Of a stretch of 64,000 nucleotides of DNA, positions 36,072 to 45,870 are shown piece by piece. The notes beneath the pieces are model-generated. The model was not told the DNA's origin and searched no databases. It saw nothing but the letters and a program-made list of their open reading frames with translations. Location: contig JAWKSP010000001.1 in assembly GCA_041389025.1 (NCBI GenBank), positions 128,002 to 192,001 of the forward strand, in the 5' to 3' direction. Made by a program: the position numbers and the translations under genes. The first letter of the stretch is position 1. Every line of letters begins with the position of its first letter. This stretch comes from Minisyncoccota bacterium (lineage in GTDB: Bacteria; Patescibacteriota; Minisyncoccia; Phycocordibacterales; UBA918).

Positions 36072-36560
36072 TTAAAATCCAAAATTTTCCAGTAATCGCA
36101 TGAAGGCGGATTCTTCTAGATGTTCTTCTTTAAGGTTACTTTTTACTAAAAATTCAATCTCATCAATATGATCTATCGGTAAAGGAATGACCATAATTGG
36201 TGCAAAGTGCCGTTTAGTCAACACTAATAAATGTGGTCCTTTAGGATCATCCTCATCAATATAAAAAGATTTTAAGGTAGAATAAGGATGTAACTGGTCC
36301 TCAACTTTAATTCCTCTAACTGTAACCGCATATGGTACGATCGAAGGCTTTCGTATCGCCAATACCGTTAAGACCAATCCTGATACTATTATAAGTAAAG
36401 CTAAAAGAGTGTTTTCAAATAAAAGAGCCGCAACAACCAAAGCTATAATTATCAGAGCAAAGGAAAAATACCAATCCCCTCCCTTCTTTTTATACTCATA
36501 TTCAGGTGCTTCCCAAGCAATTGATCGTGATACTTTTTTTTCTGTTTGATCAGTTTCCAT
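36072..36560 (-). CDS. Hypothetical two-TM membrane protein (start at METDQTEK; the longer ORF to 36788 runs antisense through tRNA-Ser)
   Basis: N-terminal 76 aa of the long ORF (GGERGIRTLDTRKRMAVFKTAAFNHSAISP) is antisense tRNA translation. Confidence 0.4.
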   Translation of the reverse strand: METDQTEKKVSRSIAWEAPEYEYKKKGGDWYFSFALIIIALVVAALLFENTLLALLIIVSGLVLTVLAIRKPSIVPYAVTVRGIKVEDQLHPYSTLKSFYIDEDDPKGPHLLVLTKRHFAPIMVIPLPIDHIDEIEFLVKSNLKEEHLEESAFMRLLENFGF

Positions 36561-36684
36561 GTCTAAAATTATATCATGCAAAGGTGTACATTTTACAGGT
36601 AATTTGGTAGTATCTGTTGCTAACAGGACTAAGTTACACCTGTTTAAAAAGAAGAAAATACTTAATGAGTATTTTAATAAAAAC

Positions 36685-36771
36685 GGAGAGATGGCTGAGT
36701 GGTTGAAGGCAGCGGTCTTGAAAACCGCCATACGTTTACGCGTATCGAGGGTTCGAATCCCTCTCTCTCCG
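36685..36771 (+). tRNA. tRNA-Ser (anticodon TGA), long variable arm
   Basis: GGAGAGA-TG-GCTGAGTGGTTGAAGGC-A-GCGGT-CTTGAAA-ACCGC-variable arm-GAGGG-TTCGAAT-CCCTC-TCTCTCC-G. Confidence 0.85.
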
Positions 36772-37113
36772 CCGTTTAGAGCTAGCATGAGACACTATGT
36801 CTGGTGCTAGTTTTGTTTATGATATTTGTATGAATAAAAAGACATTATAATTACTAACAGATTTACATACACACCAAAAAGCCCAAGCAGCGATAAAGAA
36901 TTTTTCCAAGCCCTATCATTATTTGTAATTAATGTTGAATATGAGATATAAATAGCTGATATTGTATGTAGACCAGTTCTGAAACCATTGCACTTTTGAA
37001 GTGCTACAAACGCTCACATAACAGCGGTTGATTTTATACCTGTTTTTCTTGATAAAGAAAAACAGAGGCTTACTGTAGTAAATCTATTTATAGAATTGGG
37101 AAATAAAATTAAA

Positions 37114-37608
37114 CTAATCACCATCCAAATAACTATCAAAGTAAATGGAGTGACAAGTATAGCCACTAGGATTCTTCTGTAAGTAGTCTTGATGGTATTC
37201 TTCAGCCGGCCAAAAGCGGTCAAAATGTTCTAAAGTAGTAATCACCGGATCTGACCAACGACCAGATTCATTTACAATTTCAATCATTTCCTCAGCCACT
37301 TTTCTCTGCTCTTCGTTGGCATAAAAAATCGCGCTACGATAGCTGGTACCTTTATCATTTCCTTGTTGATTTAAGGTAGTTGGATTATGAATTTGAAAAA
37401 AGAAATCTAATATTTTTTTATAATTAGTTTTTTCTGGATCATAAGTTATTTCAATCGCTTCAGCGTGTCCAGGATGATTTTCGTAAGTAGGATTATCATT
37501 TTTTCCTCCGGTGTAACCAACTTCCGTGTCGACTACGCCGACTTGGGAGCGAATAAGGTCTTCCATACCCCAGAAACACCCGCCTGCTAATATTATTTTT
37601 TTATTCAT
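37114..37608 (-). CDS. msrA: Peptide methionine-S-sulfoxide reductase
   Basis: [13 protein letters not shown]... GCFWG motif. Confidence 0.9.
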   Translation of the reverse strand: MNKKIILAGGCFWGMEDLIRSQVGVVDTEVGYTGGKNDNPTYENHPGHAEAIEITYDPEKTNYKKILDFFFQIHNPTTLNQQGNDKGTSYRSAIFYANEEQRKVAEEMIEIVNESGRWSDPVITTLEHFDRFWPAEEYHQDYLQKNPSGYTCHSIYFDSYLDGD

Positions 37609-37719
37609 GATAGTGAAGTTTTATTTATAATTCTTCCACTTCTTACAAAAGGCAATACACTTTGTTACTAATTTGCTTTAGACACTTAAAAGCTACCAAT
37701 CACTGACGCTACAAAAAAA

Positions 37720-38124
37720 CTAGGTTGTTTCGTGACTTAAGCAAACACCATTTATACAATAACGATCATGCCGACCAAAATTTCTCTCCCCATCCCCTTT
37801 TCGCTCTGGTCCATCAGGAAAAACATGACCTAGATGAGCGTCACATTTAGCACACCTAACTTCTGTTCGACGCATACCATGACTATCGTCAGGTATCATT
37901 TTAACCGCCTCTTTACTTACCGGTTCGGTAAAAGATGGCCAGCCAGTACCAGAATCAAACTTAGTCTCCCCCTTAAAAAGTGAGGCTCCGCAAACAGCAC
38001 AATGAAAAATTCCTTCTTTATCTGCAAAAAGTAAGTCACTGGAATTAGGCGCCTCAGTCCCGCCCTCGCGTGCTATCCGATATAACTCTGGATTTTCTTT
38101 TTTTAATGTTTCATCATCCTTCAT
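37720..38124 (-). CDS. msrB: Peptide methionine-R-sulfoxide reductase
   Basis: CAVCGASLF...GWPSF...RTEVRCAKCDAHLGHVFPDGP SelR motifs. Confidence 0.88.
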   Translation of the reverse strand: MKDDETLKKENPELYRIAREGGTEAPNSSDLLFADKEGIFHCAVCGASLFKGETKFDSGTGWPSFTEPVSKEAVKMIPDDSHGMRRTEVRCAKCDAHLGHVFPDGPERKGDGERNFGRHDRYCINGVCLSHETT

Positions 38125-38244
38125 AAAATACTGATTAATATCTATTATGTTTTTTATATAATACTAGTTAAGCTAATTAAATTCCATTTCTAATGGTAGT
38201 AAATCAAGAGAATAATAAAAAAGTGTTATAATCTAGCCTGTCTT

Positions 38245-39198
38245 ATGAAAATATTTAAAAATAGCTGGTTATTAGGGTTAATTACCATAAGCCTACCATT
38301 TACTACCTCAGCCGCTTGGCTGGACAACAAACCAGTCAAAGATATTCCTGTACCAGTTTTGTTTGGAATAGATTTAAACAAACTAATTCCTGATTTTGGT
38401 GACTCACGTGGTGGAGGGACTCGATTACACGAAGGTCAAGATATGCGCGCACCTAAAGGGACTCCGATTATCTCACCAACAGATGCTATAGTCAGAAAAA
38501 CCGGAGAAGAAAATAGCGCAGGTAAATTTGTCTATACCGATAACCCAGGTGGAGAGAATTTCAGATATATGCACTTAGATACAATAGAAGTTAAAGTTGG
38601 TGATAAGTTAAAAGCTGGAGACTTAATCGGTACTGTCGGCGACACAGGAAATGCACCAGATGGTGTTTATCATTTACACTTTGAGATAAGAAAAGACCGA
38701 AAAGCGACCGATCCTTTTCCTAGACTCGTAGACAGCTATAACCTAAAAGAAAAAATGGCTTTACTTGATAGTATTTTTGACGATATAAAAGATGAAGATG
38801 GACTAGCAGAAATTTTGGTAAGTAATTTTTCAGACCTGTTTCAGATTGCTCTAAATGAAAATTATGATTTACCCAGAGAACTAGAAAAAGAGTTAACTAA
38901 CCAGAAAATTACCTCCACAGCAGATTTATTAAAAACACTAAATGAATTAATAGACAAAATCCCTATATTACTAAACATGGAATTAAATATTGGTGATGAA
39001 AACATTGCTGTTTCCCTTCTACAAACCTATTTAATATTTTCAAGTAATGGCCCAAACAAAGAACTATTAGCCAACACTGGAGCTACTGGTTACTTTGGAC
39101 CTTTAACCAAAGACGCCATGGTTGAATATCAAAAAAATAATAGCTTACCTCTCACTGGCATCTACGACCAAAACACTCGTTTAAAAATGATTAAATAA
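38245..39198 (+). CDS. Secreted M23-family peptidoglycan endopeptidase with C-terminal peptidoglycan-binding-like domain
   Basis: HEGQDM (HxxxD) and YHLHFEIR (HxH) M23 motifs; signal peptide. Confidence 0.75.
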   Translation: MKIFKNSWLLGLITISLPFTTSAAWLDNKPVKDIPVPVLFGIDLNKLIPDFGDSRGGGTRLHEGQDMRAPKGTPIISPTDAIVRKTGEENSAGKFVYTDNPGGENFRYMHLDTIEVKVGDKLKAGDLIGTVGDTGNAPDGVYHLHFEIRKDRKATDPFPRLVDSYNLKEKMALLDSIFDDIKDEDGLAEILVSNFSDLFQIALNENYDLPRELEKELTNQKITSTADLLKTLNELIDKIPILLNMELNIGDENIAVSLLQTYLIFSSNGPNKELLANTGATGYFGPLTKDAMVEYQKNNSLPLTGIYDQNTRLKMIK

Positions 39199-39206
39199 AA
39201 AAACAA

Positions 39207-39232
39207 CCGACTGTCTGACAGTCGGTCTTCTA
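39207..39232 (+). terminator. Hairpin CCGACTGTC-T-GACAGTCGG after M23 gene
   Basis: 9-bp stem; weak T-run. Confidence 0.4.
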
Positions 39233-39261
39233 AATTTATTCATCTCAAACTCTTTATTCGC

Positions 39262-39870
39262 TTAAGTTTTCCTTACCAAGGCCAAGTATTGATCCCAAGG
39301 TAAGACAGAGTGGCAAACGTGCTTATCTACTTGAGCCACAAAGGTTTGCTCTAGTGCCCAACTTGGTTTATTTTTAACCTTTTCGGGGTTGTAATAAAAA
39401 ACCGCATCTGGGCAAGGGTTTTTAGACTTGCCAGACAAAACCTTTAAAACGATACCAGCAATTTTGTTATAGGTATCTCTGTCAATCGGTTTTATTAAAG
39501 ACAGTTGACAAATACCGTCATACTCACAAGGCATGTGGGCACGTTTTTGGTTTTGTTGTAAAGCGACTTCCAAAACAGTATTTGGAAAACGGTCACTATT
39601 TACTCGGTTTAGTACGTTGTGTACAACCATTGCCTGCCCGAGCTCGCTCTCACCTCGTGCCTCAACATATGTGAGTAAAACCAACATATGTACATCAGCT
39701 ATTGCATGTCCATACAAATTCAATCTCTCAACTTCTTCAGCTGAATAAGCTTTCTCTTCAACCGAAGTAGAGTCTAAAGAATTAAATTTATACGGCTCCT
39801 CAAACCAAGCCACCAAAGCAAAGATTAAGGTAACAATAAAAAGAACTGGGATAAAATACGTAATTTTCAC
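39262..39870 (-). CDS. SleB/CwlJ-like cell-wall hydrolase (Hydrolase_2 family)
   Basis: VEARGESELGQAMVVHNVLNRV motif; N-terminal TM. Confidence 0.6.
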   Translation of the reverse strand: MKITYFIPVLFIVTLIFALVAWFEEPYKFNSLDSTSVEEKAYSAEEVERLNLYGHAIADVHMLVLLTYVEARGESELGQAMVVHNVLNRVNSDRFPNTVLEVALQQNQKRAHMPCEYDGICQLSLIKPIDRDTYNKIAGIVLKVLSGKSKNPCPDAVFYYNPEKVKNKPSWALEQTFVAQVDKHVCHSVLPWDQYLALVRKT

Positions 39871-39928
39871 TACACTCTCCTCATTTAAAATTTAGAAGTA
39901 TTAAATGATAACATGAAACACAATTTTG

Positions 39929-40624
39929 TCAATGTTGGGGTATCTGCCCGTCTTTGCCCCTTTGTTTTCTAAGGGAAAGCTTTCTAAATACCCTAGGTGC
40001 AAATGGTATTCTTTGTCGTCTTTTCATCCACGAAAATCCTAGCAAAGCTACTACCAAGGCCCCGGCTCCATTAAAGATAAAGTCCCACATCGTATCTGGT
40101 AAACCAGTTTCTTGCATATTGTATCCAAACAAAGTATCTACCATATACTCATATATCTCCCAGACCACCGATATGGCAAGTGAAAAACAAATTGCAAAAA
40201 AAGCAATGAAACCCGGACTCATGGTAAGTTTGTCAGACTTTCTGGCGTTTAGTATATAAACCAACACAAACCCTACTGCTCCGAGCAATATACCGGATTG
40301 AATATGTAACCCAACATCCCACCAATAAAATCTTTCATAGAAATTGTGTAAACTGCCTAAAAAAAGAGACAGAAATATAAATACGACAATGGCAAAATCT
40401 ATTTCAAAAGGTAGGTAAAAACGATACTGTTGTTTCAGAAAAGGTGGTAACAACATTAAAAGAAGAATGAAAGTCGCACTAATAGCCGACTCCCATTCAC
40501 CCCACAGCAAAAACACTGGGGCTGATAAAGCTACGAAAGCGCGCATGCCAAAATAGATATACAAAGCTAATTTACTTTGTTTTTTTTCAGCTGAAACTTC
40601 TTTACTCATAACTGCATTATACAA
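39929..40624 (-). CDS. Hypothetical polytopic membrane protein
   Basis: 231 aa, ~6 TM helices. Confidence 0.35.
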   Translation of the reverse strand: MYNAVMSKEVSAEKKQSKLALYIYFGMRAFVALSAPVFLLWGEWESAISATFILLLMLLPPFLKQQYRFYLPFEIDFAIVVFIFLSLFLGSLHNFYERFYWWDVGLHIQSGILLGAVGFVLVYILNARKSDKLTMSPGFIAFFAICFSLAISVVWEIYEYMVDTLFGYNMQETGLPDTMWDFIFNGAGALVVALLGFSWMKRRQRIPFAPRVFRKLSLRKQRGKDGQIPQH

Positions 40625-40687
40625 ATAATTTAATTATTTACTATAAAACCAGCAACTTCTACAGAAATATGTTTTAATCATATCGTT

Positions 40688-41332
40688 ATGAAAAGTGGTT
40701 TCTTTGACTTTATAAAAATAATATTAATTGCAATATTTTTTATTATAGCTTTACTTATTACCAATTTTTTTCAAACAGAGATTTCTGCTTATTTGGATTT
40801 TGGTTATTGGGGTATGATTTTTTATGTACTGTTAGGGATTACAGCTACCGTTTTGGCTCCCATCAGTACGATTCCTCTAATACCGGTTGCTACCGCTTTA
40901 TGGGGCGCGTTCATTACAGCCACACTTAGTGTTATTGCTTGGTCGATCGGTGCTGTCATAGCTTTTGTATTAGCCAGAAATTACGGTAAGCCAATATTAA
41001 AAAAATATGTAGATATAAAAAAAGTTTCCCAATACGAAAATTTGTTTGGTGAAAAATATATTTTTTGGAATATTGTGTTATTAAGAATGATGATTCCGGT
41101 AGATATCTTGAGCTACGCTATCGGATTATTTTCTTCAATCAATTTAAGGAGTTATATTATGGCCACCATAATCGGTATTACTCCTTTTGCTTTCGTTTTA
41201 GCCTATTTACCCGATATGGATTTATCTAAACAAATACCAATTGGTATATTTATAATTTTTATAGCTTTTCTGGGTTATAAAAAAATGTTAAATCAAAATA
41301 AAAATTCATCACCTACCATGGATGAAAATTAA
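40688..41332 (+). CDS. TVP38/TMEM64 (DedA-related) family membrane protein
   Basis: TVLAPISTIPLIPVATALWGAFITATLSVIAWSIGAVIAFVLARNYGKPIL motif pattern. Confidence 0.5.
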   Translation: MKSGFFDFIKIILIAIFFIIALLITNFFQTEISAYLDFGYWGMIFYVLLGITATVLAPISTIPLIPVATALWGAFITATLSVIAWSIGAVIAFVLARNYGKPILKKYVDIKKVSQYENLFGEKYIFWNIVLLRMMIPVDILSYAIGLFSSINLRSYIMATIIGITPFAFVLAYLPDMDLSKQIPIGIFIIFIAFLGYKKMLNQNKNSSPTMDEN

Positions 41333-41352
41333 CCTAAACAAATAACTCTTTA

Positions 41353-42711
41353 CTACCGTCCAACTTCATTAGCGTTTCCAATATCTAACGGTGGGTAAAA
41401 ATTAACAATAAGATTATCCGTACTCAATCTGGCAGTTAACCAAGAAGTAACAACTTCTCCCTCTTCAAGATTTAAAGGAATAGTACTGGTAGCATATACC
41501 AAAGCCACCAAAGCCTCTTTGTCTAACCCTTCTTCTTCAAGATTGCCGTAAGACACGTCGCCGATAGCGATATTTGTTACTTTATTATTTATTGATCTAG
41601 CTTCATCCAATAATCGAGCTGGACTCTGAAAAGACTGCCTTTCACTCTCAAGCTTTGCTTCCATTGCCAATAATTTTTCATCGTCACTTCTAACCTCCTT
41701 TAGCACCTCCTGCCACTCTTCTTCAGTTAACGAAAAACCGTCCTGCCTGATTCTTAACTCAATACCATTTAAACCAAAATCTAACAACCTGTCTTCAAAT
41801 CCATTGATCTGGTCCTCGGTAAAACGGTCACTAAGAAAAGCTAGTTCAATAAATTTTGGTTCTGTATTATATGAAATATTTTTATAGACAATTACATACC
41901 CTTTATTCTCAAATACAGTTTCTATAAACTTAATTGAATTTTGATTAAAATTATTTTGATCGACAAACGTAACTGCTAGATAAATAGCTGGAATAGTGAT
42001 GATAAAAATTATAGCGGTTATTATATTTCTCACCTGTTTTTTCTTATTTTCATCAGGGTATTCTTTTTTGGGTAAATTCAAATATTTAGCTACTAATAAA
42101 GCTGAGAGGCAAATGAAAATACTGTTTATTAAAAATAAATACAACGCTCCAAAAATAAATTTTGGTTGCAAAGTTCCGAGACCATAACCGACCGTACATA
42201 AAGGCGGCATCAAAGCTGTGGCAATCGCTACTCCTGGAATAACATTACTTTGTTTCACGCGACTAACTCCAATAAAACCGGCAATACCACCAAAGATAGC
42301 TATCAATACATCAAAGATAGTTGGTTGAGTGCGTGCTAAAAGTTCAGACTGAGCATTGCTGATCGGAGAAATAGCAAAGTATATAGAAGAAATAACAATA
42401 CTAATTATAACTAGAGTAAGAAGATTACGAAACGAACGACGCATTAGACCCCAATCATTTATAGAAAGTGCTAGTCCAATGCTAACAATCGGACCCATCA
42501 AAGGTGATATAAGCATAGCTCCGATAATTACTGGAATGGAGTTTATGTTCAAACCAATTGAAGCTAAACCAATAGCAAACACCAGTGTCCAGAAACGAGC
42601 TGAACTGAAATCAGCGTCATCTTTTATATTTTCAATTATAGTTTGCTTCTCCTCAGCACCTTCACGTAAGTTGAACAATTTTTTTAAAAAAGAATTTACT
42701 TGTTGTTCCAT
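41353..42711 (-). CDS. DUF389-domain membrane protein
   Basis: 452 aa; ...IGAMLISPLMGPI...GIAGFIGVS...ATALMPPL... conserved blocks of DUF389/TIGR00341. Confidence 0.5.
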   Translation of the reverse strand: MEQQVNSFLKKLFNLREGAEEKQTIIENIKDDADFSSARFWTLVFAIGLASIGLNINSIPVIIGAMLISPLMGPIVSIGLALSINDWGLMRRSFRNLLTLVIISIVISSIYFAISPISNAQSELLARTQPTIFDVLIAIFGGIAGFIGVSRVKQSNVIPGVAIATALMPPLCTVGYGLGTLQPKFIFGALYLFLINSIFICLSALLVAKYLNLPKKEYPDENKKKQVRNIITAIIFIITIPAIYLAVTFVDQNNFNQNSIKFIETVFENKGYVIVYKNISYNTEPKFIELAFLSDRFTEDQINGFEDRLLDFGLNGIELRIRQDGFSLTEEEWQEVLKEVRSDDEKLLAMEAKLESERQSFQSPARLLDEARSINNKVTNIAIGDVSYGNLEEEGLDKEALVALVYATSTIPLNLEEGEVVTSWLTARLSTDNLIVNFYPPLDIGNANEVGR

Positions 42712-42738
42712 ATTTTAGTTAATAAATAAAAGTATATA

Positions 42739-44052
42739 TCAACTTTGCAAAATTTTCTTGGTTTCAATCTTATAAGATTCTACATTTGGCTGATCAAATG
42801 GATTAACATTGAGTAATTTACCTAGATACATTACCTCCACCATCTTAAACTGCATAAAGGCACCGAGCTCGTAAGGATTCAGCGTTTCGAGTTGAATCTC
42901 CATAAAAGGTAGCTGTTTATTATTGTAGGCAATTTTTGTCCCTTCCAAAATTGCCGACATGATATCTGCAACAGAAGAATCATTTATCATTTCAACCACT
43001 GAAGAAAAAGTACGATTTTCTGGAATCTTAACATCATTTGACTTATCTATACTGTAAATAAAAGTAGTTATTTTATCATCTGGACCACCAAGATAAAGTT
43101 GTCCAACCGAGTGAAGATCAGTAGATCCGATAGAGACTGTCGGAGTGAGTCCAGCCCGAACTACTTTTCCGTCTTTATCATATTCTTTTCCAATACTTTC
43201 ACCTAAAAGTTGCCGATACCACTTCCCTAAAGATTCCAATTCACTATTAAAAATAAAATTATCATTGATAATTTTTCCGGACTCAAACGCATTTGCTAAA
43301 ATAGTGGCTGATTGAACTGCTGGATTTTTAAAAAAATCAATTTCCAAACATATTTCTCTCATATCACGCGCACCTTTTTGAAAACTTTCAATATCAAAGC
43401 CTAGTGCCGCCAAAGGAAACATACCAACCGCTGAAAAAACCGAGTAACGCCCACCAACTTTTTCCGGTAAAGTTAATGTTGTAAGTTTTTTTTCAATTGA
43501 TACCTGCCAATATTTTGAATTTTCATCTGTTATAACCACTAAACGATTCAATGAAGTATCTCCAAACTTTTGTAAAAAAGTATTTTGTAAAATTTCAGTA
43601 TTGGCAATAGTTTCAGTCGTACCACCTGATTTGCTAATAGTGACCAATAAATATTCTTCAGTTGACTTAATAGTCGGAATCAACTCATCAATATATATAC
43701 GTAAAACTTTGGTGTTTGTAGTATCAACAAAAATCATCTTCGGTCTAGCTTGCTCCAGTACATCTTCTGTCTCATAAAGGGCATCATACACTGCTTTTGT
43801 CCCCAAGTTTGAACCGCCGATACCGACAATAAATATATACCGTAGCTTTTCATTTGTTTTTTCAGCCACCATTTGTTTTACCACTGATAATAATTCATCA
43901 TTAAAAGGAAGGTTGATAGACGACTCATCAGCTTCGTAAGTATTTTTTTTAGCAATCTCTTTTAAGTCTTCAATATAAGGAACAAGTGTCTTTGCCCTAG
44001 AAAAAACTGAGTCCTGATTTACAGCTTCTGATGTTTTGAAAAAAAATTTCAT
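42739..44052 (-). CDS. pgi: Glucose-6-phosphate isomerase
   Basis: 437 aa; YIFIVGIGGSNLGTKAV and ...KSGGTTET... SIS-domain motifs. Confidence 0.8.
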   Translation of the reverse strand: MKFFFKTSEAVNQDSVFSRAKTLVPYIEDLKEIAKKNTYEADESSINLPFNDELLSVVKQMVAEKTNEKLRYIFIVGIGGSNLGTKAVYDALYETEDVLEQARPKMIFVDTTNTKVLRIYIDELIPTIKSTEEYLLVTISKSGGTTETIANTEILQNTFLQKFGDTSLNRLVVITDENSKYWQVSIEKKLTTLTLPEKVGGRYSVFSAVGMFPLAALGFDIESFQKGARDMREICLEIDFFKNPAVQSATILANAFESGKIINDNFIFNSELESLGKWYRQLLGESIGKEYDKDGKVVRAGLTPTVSIGSTDLHSVGQLYLGGPDDKITTFIYSIDKSNDVKIPENRTFSSVVEMINDSSVADIMSAILEGTKIAYNNKQLPFMEIQLETLNPYELGAFMQFKMVEVMYLGKLLNVNPFDQPNVESYKIETKKILQS

Positions 44053-44072
44053 ACTAAAAAAATTAATAACCC

Positions 44073-45341
44073 TTACAATCTTCCTCGCCCTTTTTCGGCT
44101 TCAATAATTCTGTTTATCGCTAAACGATAGCTTTGTTTTCTTAAGTCAGTCAAATCCTGATTACTTTCTTGAATTACTTTTTTAAACGCCATCACCAATC
44201 TTGATTCCAACTCAGAATAAACTTTCTCTATTGTCCAATAATCATTAGTACTATTCTGTATCCACTCAAAGTAGCTTACCATAACCCCACCGGCGTTAGC
44301 GATAATATCTGGTATTATCACCACACCGTTATCTTCCAACACCTCATCCGCCTCAGCAGTAATAGGATCATTGGCTAATTCTAAAATAACTCTGGCTTTT
44401 ATCTCACGAGCATTATTGTTGGTAATTTGATGAGAAATCGCTGCTGGCACCAACACATCAACATCAAGTAAAAGTAATTCTTCATTAGTGATTTCTTTAG
44501 CCTTATAACCTTCGGGCAGAGCACCAATTTTTTCACTTTTAAGAAGAGTCTCAATGTCTAAACCATTTTGATTATATATACCTTTTTTAGAATCACTCAC
44601 CGCCACCACCTTCGCTCCCCACTCGTACAGTATCTTCACAACATGCAAACCAACATTACCAAAACCCTGTACCGCCACAGTGGTATTTTTTATGTCTTTT
44701 CTAATATGCTCTAAATAAGTCTTTAAAATATAAGCTCCACCAAGTGAAGTGGCCTCTGTTCGTCCCGCAGAACCACCAAGTAAAACAGATTTACCGGTAA
44801 TAATCCCTGGAACAAAATAACCTCTGATTTTAGCATACTCATCAGCCATGTAGCCCATAATGGTCGAGTTGGTATTTACATCAGGAGCTGGAATGTCTGT
44901 TCTCTCTCCAATAAAAGGATGTACTTCACGAATAAAACTTCGTGATAATCGCTCTACTTCATTTCTAGTTAGAGTACGCGGATCAACCTCCACTCCACCC
45001 TTAGCTCCGCCAAAAGGGATATTGACTAAAGAACATTTCAAAGCCATAAGAAAAGCTAGATTTTTAACCTCTTGTAGATGTACATCGGAATGAAAACGGA
45101 TACCGCCCTTTCCCGGACCTAAAGCATCATTATAAAGAACACGATAGGCATTGAAAGTTTTTACCTCACCTGAATCCATGCGAATCGGTACAGCAAAAGT
45201 TAAGGTGCGCTTAGGACGATGTAGTAAATCAATCTCGGCTTCTGAATATTGATCAGTAGTCAAAATTTTATTAAGTCGTTGTCGACAATCGCCACAAATA
45301 TTATTGTCTTCAATGGTTTGAGTAGTAGTGAGTTTAGTCAT
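44073..45341 (-). CDS. gdhA: Glutamate dehydrogenase
   Basis: GGAKGGV..., GFGNVGLH... Rossmann motif, K-G-G catalytic region. Confidence 0.88.
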   Translation of the reverse strand: MTKLTTTQTIEDNNICGDCRQRLNKILTTDQYSEAEIDLLHRPKRTLTFAVPIRMDSGEVKTFNAYRVLYNDALGPGKGGIRFHSDVHLQEVKNLAFLMALKCSLVNIPFGGAKGGVEVDPRTLTRNEVERLSRSFIREVHPFIGERTDIPAPDVNTNSTIMGYMADEYAKIRGYFVPGIITGKSVLLGGSAGRTEATSLGGAYILKTYLEHIRKDIKNTTVAVQGFGNVGLHVVKILYEWGAKVVAVSDSKKGIYNQNGLDIETLLKSEKIGALPEGYKAKEITNEELLLLDVDVLVPAAISHQITNNNAREIKARVILELANDPITAEADEVLEDNGVVIIPDIIANAGGVMVSYFEWIQNSTNDYWTIEKVYSELESRLVMAFKKVIQESNQDLTDLRKQSYRLAINRIIEAEKGRGRL

Positions 45342-45451
45342 AATTTGTTTACTAAATAATAAATAATATTTTTATAAATTCATGTATAAAGTTAATTGTT
45401 TCATTTTACCATTCATGTTAGTATTTAAGCAATCACGCAAATAATTAACCA

Positions 45452-45772
45452 ATGACTGAGAAAATTGGCCTAACAAAAATCAAACAAAATCTTAACTCCT
45501 CTGAGGCGGATATGATTTTAACTGATATTTTCAAACTACTTGGTGACAAAAACCGTTATCGGATTATGAAAATAATATCTGAAGATAAGGAGCTTTGTGT
45601 TGGGGACTTAGCTAAGATTCTCGACACTTCCATGTCGGCTGTATCCCAACATTTACGCATATTGGAAATGTCCGGACTAATTGAAGGTAATAGACGCGGG
45701 CAGTCGATGTGTTACAAACCTCTCCTCACCCACCCTAAAATTAAAGAAGTGTTAAAATTAATGAAACAATAA
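45452..45772 (+). CDS. ArsR/SmtB-family transcriptional regulator
   Basis: LCVGDLAKILDTSMSAVSQHLRILEMSGLI wHTH. Confidence 0.7.
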   Translation: MTEKIGLTKIKQNLNSSEADMILTDIFKLLGDKNRYRIMKIISEDKELCVGDLAKILDTSMSAVSQHLRILEMSGLIEGNRRGQSMCYKPLLTHPKIKEVLKLMKQ

Positions 45773-45804
45773 TTCTTATAATAAGGATAATTTTAAATTA
45801 CATT

Positions 45805-45863
45805 AAAACAAGAACATAATAAGACCGCGAGCAAAGCTCGCGGTCTTATTATGTTCTTGTTTT
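45805..45863. terminator. 28-bp perfect palindrome AAAACAAGAACATAATAAGACCGCGAGC-AAA-GCTCGCGGTCTTATTATGTTCTTGTTTT between convergent arsR-like and creD
   Basis: Read from sequence. Confidence 0.6.
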
Positions 45864-45870
45864 AATAATA

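Noticed and set aside
36560-36788. N-terminal 76 codons of ORF 36072..36788 (GGERGIRTLDTRKRMAVFKTAAFNH...)
   Set aside because: This is the classic antisense translation of a tRNA (tRNA-Ser at 36685-36771). The real gene most likely starts at ATG 36560.
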